This document shows, one piece after another, positions 11,919-25,800 of a stretch of 64,000 nucleotides of DNA (position 1 is the first letter of the stretch; each line of letters opens with the position of its first letter). The notes under the pieces were generated by a model. It made no database searches. It was not told the DNA's origin and worked only from the letters and a program-made list of their open reading frames with translations. Position numbers and translations under genes: made by a program. This DNA is from Lobosporangium transversale. Its lineage: Eukaryota. Where the stretch lies: contig NW_019029014.1 in the NCBI RefSeq assembly GCF_002105155.1, positions 1-64,000 of the forward strand, in the 5' to 3' direction.

Positions 11919-14599
11919 CAACATTTTGCCTCCACTCACTTTTTTTTTTCTTCGGTCTGCTCTGTAGCCCTCTGATACAACTCTTCTTTGAGATTTGGCG
12001 TGGTATGTGGAGAAATACTAGTCAGTGAAAAATATTGTGTTCAAAGAAGAAAGTGAACGCTTATTAAAATAAAGAGAAAGCTTTGTAGCAGTTGAGGATA
12101 AAATGAATAAGAGACTTGAGAGTGTAAATGATAATTATTATTCATGAACAGCAAGGAGCTGAGATGGAGTGCAGCATTTTGTACGACACGGAAAATAGGG
12201 CCTAGGCATATTCGAAGCATTTTATTTACATGTAGTAGTCTACAGACATTCAGGGAGAGTCCCTCATCGTCGGAACAGGGATTAGAGGCTACTATCTACG
12301 ATTTTAGTGGAATAACAGTAACTCCAATAGCCCTATCCCGCGTGTGAGTTGCACTATAAAAGAAAGAGTCAAACCCAATCGACAGGACAAAAAAAAGGAC
12401 TTACCCTTGATAGGATTGTCTTTACTTTTTGTGATCGCCTAAAGAACAAGCGATGCAAGCACTCTTCCTATCTTTAGACAAATATGCCCATTAGAAGGCC
12501 TGGGATGCAATTCACTCCTATGCTTTTCGTGTGACATGTAAAAAGAAAATATGAAGCCCTTCGATTTATTAAGTTCCTGGAAAAAGTTGGGATAATAAAT
12601 AATGCTCCAGCTCCTTCCGAAGAGCAGGCTAGGGATCATACTCTTCTTTTGTTGATATCTATATGCTAGGTGTTGCAGACTTCAGTAAAGTCGAGAATAG
12701 TGGTAGTGCTGAACAATATCTGTAGCTGAAGGACTTGGTCGCCTGTATTTCCTTCATGGAACTTTAAAGTTAAACAGTAGAATATGGTAACTGCGGGTTT
12801 TCTAGGCATTAGAAGCTCAGCTGGCGTCTGATGAGATCAACCCACAATTATTCAATAACCCTGAGCAAGGTTCTGAATTGAATGAAAAAATGGTCATATG
12901 CTTGAAAACTTGCCTCTGAGGAAGCTACCGTGGATTATAATCCATCAACCACCTAAAAAAAAAGACTTGACTTCAAATATGGCTCTGGAAAGGCTACCAA
13001 ACTTGACTGGTCGAACAGTCCTTCTTGGCGATAGTAAACCAAACAAACAAATAAAGAAAAAAAAAACGGCGTATTATAAAGTTAAGCAATTTCTCCAACA
13101 TACCGTTATTGGTACTTGCCCCCTCAAGTTTAAAAAAGGACAATTTCTGCTTCATCAACTCTTTTTATCGGTAATGCCTTGTCATTGTAAGATTTCTACG
13201 TGCTGTTTTTTTCTCTTGAAATATATATTGACGCCGGCAAGGTATTGTATCTATTGCCCTCTTCTTCTTTTTTATGTGTGGGCGGAGCCAAGAGTGGAAA
13301 GCGCGATGCATGATGCAGTGGTGACAGTGAAGCATTCAAAGAGAATACCATCGTCAGTGGTATAATTATGCTGCTAGAGCTGCAAAAGCCAACATCAAGT
13401 CGGATTTAGTCCAGGTAAGGGAAGCAAAACAATACAAAACACAAAACGCTTTCTTTGTTTGTACCCTTGAATTTTTATTTTTTATTTTTTATTTTTTTTT
13501 TATTTTTTATTTTTATTTTTCAAAAAAGGCTAAAAAACTTACTAAATGCCTGTACAAAACAGTTACAACGCCAACTCATGGACTCATGGTCAGCTAAATC
13601 TCATAATAGGCTCATAACCGAATGAACCTCAAAAGCGTCGAGTGTCGTTCATAGGTCGCATGATTACCGCTGGCTAAGGATCACAGTTGAGCGCGTGTTT
13701 TGCCGCAAAGAACGGCTAAATCAACAGCTTCAGAAGGATTGAGGCGAGAGTGGGTTCCAAGAGCGCGTTTATGTTTTTTTAGGATTCCGCGGTAAAAAAT
13801 TTAATTGGTCCGCAACACATCCGAGGTGATCCAGAAAAACTGGGTTATACTATCATCACCCCTGTTTAGCCTACTTTATGTTTATTCAATCCTCGTTTAC
13901 CTTGTTTAAACTACTTTATCAACAGTAAAAACATTCTCAATTATTTGCTGCTGTGCGAATTTTTTTGCATGATCAACACCCCTTTTTGGATGATCTGTAT
14001 AATACTTTTATTCCATCCCCTCCCCCTTTTTTTTCCCGTCCTTATTGTTCTACTATAATGTGGCAGGTATTTCACAAATCCACAATCCCAGCTGATTATC
14101 ATGTTGCAGCAGCGGTGGCAACAGACGATAGTGGAAAAAGGCAGAGTCGTGTGGGTGCAATTGTAGCAACAGTAGAAACCGACCCAAAACTACCCAGAAT
14201 TTAAGCGTCAGCCAAGCTAAAAATCGCTTCGCCAACTAATTTTTTTTTTTTTAATACAAAAAGCAGCCTGCGCGTTTTCGTCCTTGGGGTTCTACCTCTC
14301 TCTTTCTTTCTCTATTCTTCTTTCTCCATGTTCTTTTTCTTCCTCTCTTTCAGTCTTTTTTTTTCTTTTTTTTTTACCTTATCATCCATTTTTGCTCCTA
14401 CATCTTTTCCCAACTTCACCATTCACCCCACTTTTTGTTACACACCATACTTTTTTTTTTTTTTTTTTTTTTTTTTTCATCTTGAACAACAGAACGCGCG
14501 TAATATTCCGTTGCTGCTGCTTACTTTTAAGCGCAAGTGCAGTAAGCGATCCTCTTATTTATTTTTGAGATGCATTGGGTTGAGTACTTGACACGCTCC

Positions 14600-14634
<35 letters not shown>

Positions 14635-14699
14635 ATTGCTCTATTGGATTCATAACACGTAGACATGGGAATCAAGTGCCTCTGCCAATTTTTTAAGGA

Positions 14700-17010
14700 T
14701 AAAGAAAAGAGGCCTCCCTAAGGAATAAGACTTACCTCGACAGCGACGCGAACAGAAGCCGTTCCAGCTGTTCCGACTATGTTGAGCGCACAACGGCCAC
14801 AGCCCTGCCCAACACACTTGATTCCGCACACTGTTCTCATCATACATATGAGCCCAGTGTGGCCGAGGAAAAAAAGTCTCGTGTTGAGCAAAATGCCAAG
14901 AGGATGAAGACCCAGGCCACTCTCCAGACGAACTTTGCACAAATGACCTCAAGAGCACGACGCTCTATTCAGAAAATACACCAATTGTATGTGCTTGACG
15001 ATAAGAGCAAACGGCCTTTTCTCTTTGGATTATAAACCCATGCTCATGAGCCATATGTTTCTCAAGCGTAGGTCCAATACCATTATCGCTTAGCCTGTAA
15101 TGAACCTGTAGTACAGTATTGATCCCTAACGCTATGGTCAGGCGATTATAACATCAGATAGAAGCCTTGTGGATGGAAGCATCAGTTCCGGCCTAAGTCA
15201 AGGGAGCCATCACTTCCGGCACAACTCAAGAGAATCATCACTTCAGCTTATACCAAGAATATATTCATCACCGCTCTGAGACTTTTATCTACTTCTCTTT
15301 GGTCGCCTTTGGGTGGTATCTTGCATCCATCGGCCGACCTTCAAATACCAAGGGCCTAGCAAGCAAGACGCCAAGGACCGCCCCACCAAGCACATTACCT
15401 TTGCCAGCATTAAGACATATCATTTCCAAGCGGTCTCTTTAGTGTTTAGGATCTAAATTTTTGGTCATTTTCCCTATGCTCTTCTATCAAGTAACAGTCT
15501 TTCTTGAAATTGGCCTTAAATACTTTAACACCTTTTGCGCGCCCTGTTCTTAAATAAAGAGACAACAAGGCACTAACACCGTATAGACAGGTATCGCCCC
15601 AAGCCCCTTCTCACATCCACTTTGACATTTTCGTTCGATTCCGCTATGTCTACTAACCGATGTAGACAAAATAACTTGAATATCTTGGCATTATTTTCAA
15701 CCTATTTCGCCATAGTCCTCTGTGATATAAATTTAAATCGCCAAGAAGGCTAGGCAATTGTGACCCATTGTACCATTGCCTTGATGAATGCGAGAGGAAT
15801 GATCAATTTCCTTGGAGCTTGCCGAAGCACCAGGCTCAGTACCAAAAGAAGAGAGGAAAGTCCCTCCACATCCCAAGAATGGAGAACGACAAGGAAAGGG
15901 AAACGCCCATGAAGTAAAAGGAGCTGAGCATCCCAAAATAGGATGCTGGAAGCTCAAAAAGCGATAGCTGGTGATCGCGCTTTTGCCATAACCTTAGTGC
16001 ATTCAGGCTGATGTAAGCATCCAACACCTATATCACGTTATGAACCCCAGTCCGATCAGGTTAAGTTGTGTGGGAGCCTTACTAAGCCCAGCAGATACAG
16101 CTACATTGGAATTAGGACACATCAACAGCTGACGGAGATAAAGAGTTCTCTCAGCAATACCCTGGATAACGACACCTTTTATCCTTTGACTGCCCTGCTC
16201 TGTCAAAGGGTAGTCTCAATATTCAGTCCCAATGAATTTAAAGGATGATTCATCCCCAAATCCGAAAACGGGTTTCAAAACAAGAAATCAAGAAGTGAGG
16301 CACCTCGTATAAAAAGGAATCCTTGATCTGAACCAGAGTCAAAGCGGACTTCACCTTCTGGCTACTAAATGAAGCTCCAAAGCGAATTAATTGTAGCGAG
16401 GTGATTGAACAAAAAAAACGCAATGTGAGGTTACCACTTAACCTCCAGGGTATGATTTACACTCCTAGGAATATGGTCATGTGTCCTTTAAAGCTACAAT
16501 TCCACTATCTTGTCATTTTATGGCAGGCAGTATTAACAAAGCCTCTCTTTTTGTTCTTGTTGTCAATTAATACTTTAGTTTTTGAGGACGATGAGTGGTA
16601 ATCTAATGGAGGAGTGTTACTGGATACTTAACGCCTGGTTCTTGTCCTTTATAATGATATGCAAAGAACCAGGTCTAGATCGTCAGACAATTGTTTATGA
16701 ATTCAATCGAGTTCATATCGCAACAGATTGTTGCCACCAATTTCAAGTCGAAGGAGATGGCCTACATCAATTTGGGCCTATTCCCAACTACGATAGTGGG
16801 TTAAATGGGCATCATCGAGCCCATTCTCAACGCCCTCGTCTATGGCATCGTAGCCAGTTATGCCGGACCTAGTTATAGGGGTTGATGACCATGGTAATGG
16901 ACTGATTGGTGGACAAGGATTATAACCTTAGATGGTGCTTCCTCTTGGTTTTTGGGATACAAGAGGAAGAAGAGCAAGTGGATCGGAGAAGGGGGGGGAA
17001 AGCCTCAGCC
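14700..17010 (+). mobile_element. Highly degenerate Ty3/Gypsy-like LTR retroelement relic (gag- and integrase-like fragments)
   Basis: Stop/frameshift-riddled fragments: HT*FRTLFSSY and RPFLFGL/KPML (gag-like F..GLKP), YDSGLNGHH...RL (integrase zinc-binding-like HD...GH), purine tract GAGAAGGGGGGGGAA near 16986-17000; no LTR pair found. Confidence 0.3.
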
Positions 17011-18004
17011 GCTTCTCAGACTCCTATTTGAAAACGGATCCACCTAGGCTCTTTTACCGCCCTGGTCGGGGTGGAACGTATGGGAAAAGCGCAGAGCCGT
17101 TATGCCCATGTCTTTGGGACCAGCCATATCCCCTTCCCAATCAAATGGTTGTAGCTGTTTTCTTACTAGCGTGATACTTTTCTTATCTCTACACCTGTAA
17201 GAGGTGCTTGTATACTCCTTGCTCCTTGCTCCTTGCTCCTTGCTTCTTACGACTTAATCCTTTACACTATTTTAAAAATAAAAAACTACGAAAGAAAAAA
17301 TACATGACAGGTAGTCTGTTGATGAAACATAAAGGACCTTTGGCTTACCGAATCTTTCTTTTAGTCAAATAATTTTCAATAGCACAATTGGCAGTTTTGC
17401 AACATGTAGTATAAATAATACCCACGGAATAAACAAAAAAAGTTAGTCTCTGTGCGTCGTCCTGTCCTACGTGCTTTTAGTAGTTCATCAACAAAATTTT
17501 AAATGCGTAGTCGTACACCTGTTTTTTGTCATGTTTTGCTCAGTTGTATACATGTATACATGTATTATCCACTCACAGCTGTGCTCTTTGAGGCAGGTGA
17601 AGCGCAACGTCTGTATTATTCAAGATTGGGGCAAAGGTAAATACCAAAAAACAGATTGGAGCCCATGCAATGAAAAAAAATAAAGTACATGTTTATGTGT
17701 ACTGTTTGGCGCAGACAACCGATTTAATTCTGCCAACCATTGGTCAAAGAGAAAACCGGTTAAGTCAAAGGAATAAGGGGTGCATTCTTTATTTACTTGC
17801 GTGGCAAAAGAGCCATCGTTACATGCAATCCAGAAGTTTAATAGAAAGGCCGAGGCACTTTGCTTGTTTTTTTTATTTTTATTTTTTTATTTCGCTTTTT
17901 CATTCAAATTCATTTGCATTTCATTTGGCATTCTTTTCTTTTTCTTTTTTTTTTGAGTATAAATATTTAACTACCAAAGATCAATTCAATCCTTAATTTA
18001 AATA

Positions 18005-20316
18005 ATGACAGCAGCACAGGTCACCTTACAGCAGCAACAAAGCAGGAGGCCGGGCATCTTGATCGTTGGCGCTGGTCTAGGTGGATTGTTCCTCGGAATA
18101 ATTCTGGAAGAACTCGGCCATCCATACCATATTTTTGAGCGTGCAACAGAAGTGCGTCCTTTAGGTGAGTGCACAATAGGCTTTTATAACATCATTTACG
18201 GTAAATTAAATCCTTTAATATCCTCAACACATCAAATATTTCGAAAGGATCAACAATGGCACTAGGTCCAGGTATATTACCAGTCTTTGAACAGCTTGAC
18301 TTGCTAAAGGAGCTTGAAAAGTTTGCTTTACCATGCCATTCCGTCGAGATTCACAACGCAAACATGGATCTTTTCGGGTCCATCAAATTCATGGAACGAG
18401 AAAGGTATCATGCTATATCCAATGTCATGCCATTTTATATGAAATCCCCCCTTTTTTTTTGTTGTTATTCATCTCATTACTTTCGCTCATATATGTATGC
18501 TCTGTCGTATTTGGCCTTTTTTTTAAAAAACAAATCTAGATCCGGGTACCCAAACCTTCTGTTCGAGCGGCCTGATCTATATGACTTACTGCTCAGGCGA
18601 GTTCCCAAGGACAGGATAAGCATGGGCAAAAAAGTTCTTCGGACAGAGGAGGTCTCAGGACGGGTTTATATCCATTGTGCGGACAATACAACGTATGAAG
18701 GGGATATTCTTGTTGGAGCAGATGGAGCTTATAGTGGAGTTCGACAGAGTATTTACAGAGAATTGATGAAAAAGGGGATGTTACCCAAATCAGATCATGA
18801 GGACTTTTCAGTGGCGAATATATCAATGGTTGGGGTTGCTGAGAAACAGGATCCAAAAAAGTATCCACAGCTGAATGACAAACAAGCTAATTTCTCCACG
18901 ACTCTAGGGCACATGAAAACAGTAAGGATCCAAAACAAAGTATTTTGCTCTTGGCATGTAACAACTACAAAAAAACTAAACATTCTTCATCTTTTTATAA
19001 TGTGTTTTATTTCATCCATCCATACTATATACTACTTGAAAAATAAGCGCACGGTGATCAATATTCCAGACAATCGTATTTGTTGGACTATAAACATTCA
19101 GCTTTCAAAAGAAGAAGCCAAAGCACAACACTTCAGGAACTCGGAATGGGGACCAGAATCGAACGAGAAGATGATTAAGGAATTTGAGCAATTACCATGC
19201 CCCTGGGGCGGAACCATGGGAGAAATTATTCATGCAACCCCCAAACATTTGATCTCCAAAGTGTTTTTAGAAGAAAAATTCTTCAAGACATGGTATCACG
19301 GCCAAACCGTGCTCATCGGTGATGGTAAAAAACATGAAGAAAAAAAAAAAAAAAAGAAAATTTAACACTGCACTAAGATCATTAATGTTTTGAAACTAAC
19401 ATCCTAACCTTGTTTTTTCTTCTCGGACCCATCTGGGATGAATATATAAAAGCCTGTCACAAGGTAATAAAAGAGAGCATATCCAGATGAGTATCTTTTT
19501 TCCGGTCATCTATATTGACAGTCGATAATAATATTTGTTCCATATCCTCTTATAGATGCTTCCTGGTGCAGGTCTAGGTACAGTTCTGCTACTAAAAGAA
19601 ATTGAACGTTCCAACCGCTTTTTGCGATATTTGTACTCACTTTTTTTTTTTTTCTTCTCCTGGTGGTCTCAGGTGCTGTGAATGCGATGCAAGATGCAGT
19701 GGTTCTTGCGAACTGTATCTCCAAGATGAGTGATGTATCCCCACAGAACATCACTGCAGCCTTTGGACAATACTATAAGCAACGGTATCGTCATGCTCTG
19801 TACTCGTTCACGATGAGCAGGTTTTGGACCAAAATGACTTATGGTCAGGTAAAGAGGAAGATGATATAATTGTAATTGACATTAACATTTTTGAGTCTAT
19901 ACAATTGACCCGCTTTATTTTTATTTTTATTTTTTATTTTCTTCATGTGTCCTTCGTTCATGTGCTTGTTGATCAAGACATGGAGCGAGAGACTTCTTCG
20001 GCAGCAGGTGGTCAACTTTACACCAGAATGGGTGTATTTCATGCTCTATTTTAAAACAGCATCCTATCGGCCACAAATTGCATGGCTTCCACTTGCAGAG
20101 AACCGAGGCACAGTCCGGATACTTCCACAAGATGACATTGGCAGTGAAACAAAAGCTGATATGAGTAAGAGTAGGTTCAAGATTAAGAGTAAGAGTAAGA
20201 ACAAGAGTAGAAATAAGGAACAAGATCAAGGGTATATTTGTGAGCAGGTAGAGAAAGAGAAGACCAAGCAAACAATGGAGTCCAAGAAAGTTGATGATCA
20301 CTTATTAATTGTATAA
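18005..20316 (+). CDS. FAD-dependent monooxygenase (group A flavoprotein, zeaxanthin-epoxidase/salicylate-hydroxylase-like), 8 exons
   Basis: Exons 18005-18164, 18248-18404, 18540-18921, 19048-19324, 19453-19463, 19556-19577, 19673-19848, 19978-20316; motifs IVGAGLGG, DILVGADGAYSGVRQ, LIGDACHKMLPGAGLGAVNAMQDA. Confidence 0.9.
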
Positions 20317-20578
20317 TAAAGAGTAAAGCTAAACGCGATCGAATTGACTCTAGACTTTTCTTTGTGCACACCTCCTGTCGCCTCCTTGCTTGTCTCTCTC
20401 CAGCAAAAGGGAGCCGTGCGCTAATTTTTTGATTGCTTCCCAAAAATAAAATACACGTCGTGTGGCACACAGCACAGCCCATTTTTACCCACATAACGAC
20501 ACGGCACACGGTTTTTTCTTTTTCCTCTTTTTCTCAATTCTTCTTTCAATTCCATCTTTCAATTCACTCAATCCCGAC

Positions 20579-20961
20579 ATGTCACATAATCAAGGATACG
20601 GTGGATATCAACAGCAACAGCCATATGGTCAACAACCATATGGCCAACAGCAACAACAGTATCAACCACATGGACAGCAGCAACAGCCATACGGACAGCA
20701 ACAACAGCATTATGGCCACCAGCACCAGCAGCAATACGGGCAATCGCCTTATGTTCAAAACCAAACACCCCACAACCAATACAGCAATCAGTACCAACAG
20801 GCTGTCAACTATCAGCAACAAATGTGTAAGTTCTATTAACCTTATTTCAATTCCTAACATGATTGTGAATGAAGAAGACGAATGTCGACATACAGTAAGC
20901 ATTGCTGACGCTTATTGTGAATGAAGTTTGGCAACATTGTGAGGGAATGAAGTTTTTTTTT

Positions 20962-20993
<32 letters not shown>

Positions 20994-22171
20994 TACATGG
21001 GTGTATGACTAATACAATCATTCTTGTTTTGTTCTCTTTTTCTTTGTTCTTTGTCATTTCGCGTCTCATATATCTCTTGGCAACAACAGCCATGCAGCCC
21101 AGTCCTGAAGCAAGTCTGCGCCAATGGTTCGATGCAGTTGATGCAGACAGATCTGGCCAATTGAGCACTGACGAGCTTCAGAAGGCGTTGATCAATGGTA
21201 AGGATGTAATATCTTTTTTTTTTTTTTTTTTTTTTTTTTATTACGACAAGTGCGCTTGCCATTGATAGCTTTGACGTATTGTAGAGAAAAAAAGATCTAT
21301 CTTTAACAATATCATTTTTACTTCTATATTGACTTAGGTGATTGGTAATATTTTTTTTTTTTTTTTTTTTTGGGGTTATTTGTGCCTGACCCGCTGACCA
21401 ATATTTTCTTTGGAACAACAGGAGTCCCTTCAATTACGAGACTGTCCGTCTGATGATGAATATGTTTGATACAGGTAAGCTAACTCAGCCTTTTTTTTCT
21501 TTTTTTCTTTATAATTTCGGACTGCTTGGAGTGGGAAAAATATATAAAGCAATCTACCCCTTTTTTTCTGACGGACTTCCTTTATTACTTTATTATTTTA
21601 TGTTAGATAACTCTGGTCAAATCAATTTTGCAGAATTCTCAGGATTGTGGAAGTACATTGAAGAGTGGCGCGCGTGCTTTGTAGCCTTTGATCAAGATAA
21701 GAGTGGATCCATTGACTTTAATGAACTCAAAACTGCTATGCGTTCGTTTGGTTACAACCTCACCGATGACTTTTTGAAACTCTTGATTAAGAAATACGAC
21801 AGAAAAGGTAAAAAGCATACAAAAAAAAGAGAGTGACGTGGGAGTGGTCTGAATATGAAATAGTATAGTAATCAATGTATGCTTAACTCTATAATGATTA
21901 TAGGTCGCGGCAATGTCTCTTTCGACAATTTTGTCCAAATTGCAGTTACAGTCAAGAGTTTAACGGATGCGTTCATGAGGATTGATCGTGAGGGCAAGGG
22001 TTATGCCACCATTGGTTATGAGCAGGTAACGAGGAAAAAATAAAAGATATGTTTGTTTTTGCAAAAGGGCCAATGACTGTGAGACTAACGCATGATTAAT
22101 ACTTCATGAATTCCTTACTATCTCAATATGGATATTTATAGTTCTTGGAGCTCGTTGTAAGCAACAGGTAG
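20579..22171 (+). CDS. PEF1: Peflin / ALG-2-like penta-EF-hand calcium-binding protein
   Basis: G/Q/Y-rich N-terminus followed by LRQWFDAVDADRSGQLSTDELQKALING, FNYETVRLMMNMFD, INFAEFSGLWKYIEEWR..F..FDQDKSGSID, SFDNFVQ, GYEQFLELVVSNR* across several GT-AG introns. Confidence 0.9.
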
Positions 22172-22835
22172 ATTACTATATACCAGGAAGCGTGGAGAAA
22201 CATAAGCAATTTTGATATGCAAACATGAAATAAAAATATATATTGAAACAGAGATTTTTTTCATTCTGTAAGCCAAGCAATGTTTTGTTGATTATTGATA
22301 AACGAGTTGGCACAACTGTTTGCGTTGGCTGTCCCTTGCAGGCAGAGGATGAGAATATTGATTTGTAGGAGGAAGAAATGCCTTCCCCTTGGTGAATTAA
22401 CCGTTGCCGAATCTATTGAAGATTTCATTTCCTGTCATCGTTATTTTATCTACCTTGAACGGAATGATTATGCTTTTTTATGTTGCTACAATTACAGTCA
22501 AGTGGTTCTTTGAACATGGCAAAGGGACAGTGCTTCCTGAGAACCACTCACAAAAGAGGACAACTGAGACAGCATGTGTGGGTCAGTGCATATGAAGTTG
22601 AGCATGACAAGTTAGTCTTCCTTCCTCGTCTTCGCTTCCTTTTCCTTTATTTTCTCTTCTCCTCTTACTACTTCTTAGTTTGTTCATCTATCAATACATG
22701 TAAGTGCATAGACTTGAACACATATAAGAAACTTTATCGTCAACACGCTTTACTAAGTGTAGTCATTTTAAAAAACAAAACTTTCTCGTCTCTCGGAAAG
22801 TGAATAGAGGGTATTGTACATGTACATGCACAATC

Positions 22836-25800
22836 ATGCTTGGCAATGTGTATACCCAACCGCGAAGCGTGCTCTTGCCAGCAAGGGCTTTAAAGCTCTT
22901 CGAAATATACATGGAGTACACTCGTAGGATATACCACGACCAGAGCTACAAGTACGACTGCGATCATGATTATGACATCGTCATGGAGCTATGTCTTGAT
23001 GCAGGCTCTGCACTTTCTCGCATTCAGCGGTCTATGAGGAAATCTTTAGCCTCTTCAACTTCAGACAAAGATATGATGCTGCGCCAAAGAGTTGGTTCAG
23101 CCTACTATGAACTTGCTCGCTTACATGAACATCTGGGTCATTCAAATGATACTCAAAGATTTGACAAGGAAGCCAGAAAATGGGGATACATCCATGGAGG
23201 CAATACTGTCTGTCAAGCACCGTACTTTGCCCACTTTACTGGCTGCAGCAAACAAGGAAGCGATGGTGATAACAACAGCAAAGGTAGAAGAGTGACCAGG
23301 GTAGTAGAAGCTATCAAGCGGCACCGTATAGCAACTGTTCCAAAAGATATTTTTGATCATGATGTAGCTCCAATGACTATCAGTTGCAGCTTGCTGGGTG
23401 CCGATGAATATTTGGATGATACAAAGCAGCTTGTATATTGTCTTAGTCTGCTTTCCACTTCATCTACCTCAACGGCAGGCCTCACAGCCCAAGAACAACA
23501 GTGGTGCCAGGTAACCCTGACAGACCAAGATGAGCAGGAGCGGTTGCGTACTTTGGTATCGGACGTGGTTACAATGTTTATTAGCGATGAAATCAAGACT
23601 GAAGCTACAGTCACTGAGGTTGTGTCCCTTGCTCCAGTCCTCACCTTGGATCAGTTTAAGGCATTAGTAATGACCTTGGTCAATGGAGTCAGCCAAAATA
23701 TCATATTAGATACTCATTTGCTGGAAGGGTTGGTTCAGTTGATGCAGTACGCTCCGCTTGGGTACCTTGACTCGGATGATCTTGTTACAATCCTCAAGGC
23801 CCTCAGTTTCCGCCTACAAGGGGTACATAATCAATCCAGTATCCACCTCTATCGCCTTTCTATTACCATCTCACATATCCTTGATGCCATGGTCAGCAGT
23901 CAAGTCAAGGGCTTGAAACGAGAACAGCTCCATGAACCACTAGCAGCGTATCTAAAGAGGCTGGAGACTAACCCTGAGCCATACTTGGTGTACCAAGCAG
24001 CCTATGCTTTCCAAGCTTTACTGAATATTCCAAACGACGAAACCAAAGTACATGTATTGCTGAGGCGTGCATCAGCAGTGATGCGAGGAGCATTTGGAAT
24101 TGTGAGCACAGTCAAGAACCTGGATATCAATGCCTTTATGGATGAACTGAACCACATCCAGAAGGAACTTCCGTCTGTAACAGATGTTATTGATACTAGT
24201 CTGCGAGTATACGATGGTTTAATTTCACTACATGAGAGCGGAGCAAATTTCAGACAGGGTATGGAAGAAGGCCTTAACTTTAGCCACAAGGCTGCGTGGT
24301 ACCCAGCATTACGCGGAGTTGATGCGTTACTCCAGACAGGAGAATTGACCAAGCTCAAGACCTTTGTATGTGAGGTGGCTTGTTGTCGAGACCCAGCATT
24401 TCAATGGGGACTATGTGAGCGTTTGGGACAGGTTGCAGCCAATGGACAGTGGCCAATGGATATCCGCCAAAGCGCAGTCACCTTTCTGGGTGAGATTTAT
24501 AAGAATGACGTAGAGTGGGGTAGCTATATTCATATCAAGCAGTGGATCGTCAGCATCCTTAGAGAACTTACTGCACACCCAAGGTGTAATTTGCAAGGTC
24601 TCTATATATATCTCTATTTCTTTCTATTGTGGGGAGTTTAAGCCTTGACAACTATCGGCATATGATGATTAATCGCAATATCTTTTTTTTTTTTCTTTTC
24701 TTTTCTTTCAGCCGCAAATTCGATCTTGAATGAGCTTCAGGAGGAAGGAGATACCAAAAAGCAGGAGCTTTACAGGGATTGTTTTCAAGGGCCAGTACCT
24801 CCATACCCCTACATTATTGCACCCTCTCCACCCACAACTTCATCATTGCTAGACCGCGTACAGAAGAAGATCGATGTTGAAAAAGGTTTGCGCCTACTTA
24901 AGCGACGTCAGGTAAAGAGCAGAGGTACCCAAAGCTTCTACATTCAACAATATGCTAAAGCAAATCCCTATGCGGCTGATGACGGTTTATTCCTGCTGAT
25001 GGATAAGGCAATGGAGTTCTTGAAGAGCGACCAGAAGGTGTTACTCGTCCAAGGTGATTCTGGTTCAGGGAAATCGACATTTGTTCGCACGCTAGAGCAC
25101 AACTTGTGGGAAATATACCAGAAGAAGCATGGTCAGATCCCATTGTATATCAATTTACCTACCATTGACAACCCGAAACAAGACCTAGTCGCCAAACAGC
25201 TACGAAGATATGATTTCACAGAGGCACAGATAAAAGAGTTGAAGGTGACGCGCAGATTTATTTTAATATGTGATGGGTACGATGAATGCAAACAGGTCAG
25301 CAACCTGTATGTCGCAAACCGACTAAATCAGCCTGGAGAGTGGATGGCTCAGATGGTGATCAGCTGCCGCGGTGAGTACCTTGGATCAGATTATCGGGAT
25401 CGTTTCCAGCCCATGGGCCGCAATACTCAAGCTAAAACAGCCTTATTTCAAGAGGCTATGATAGTACCATTCTCTGAGCCCCAGATCAACGACTACATCA
25501 TACAATATATCGCAGTCATGGATCCACTGTGGCATGTGGAGGATTACCAGCGTGCACTCAAGGCGGTACCTAGCCTAGAAGACCTTGTTAAGAACCCGTT
25601 CTTACTATCGATGTCACTAGAGGTACTCCCACGGGTAGTAGACCCAAACCAAGACACCTCCAAGGCAAAGATCAAGCGTATTTCATTGTACGATCAATTC
25701 GTAGAGTTGTGGCTAGAGCGGGGCAAGAAGCGGCTAGATGAGACATTAAGGTCAGAAGACAAAAGGATGTTCCAGATACTGAATGATGAAGGATTTGCAC

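Noticed and set aside
20579..20825. Q/G/Y-rich peflin N-terminus as an amyloid signalling partner of the neighbouring NLR
   Set aside because: A low-complexity N-terminus is normal for peflin, and the NLR N-terminus shows no matching motif
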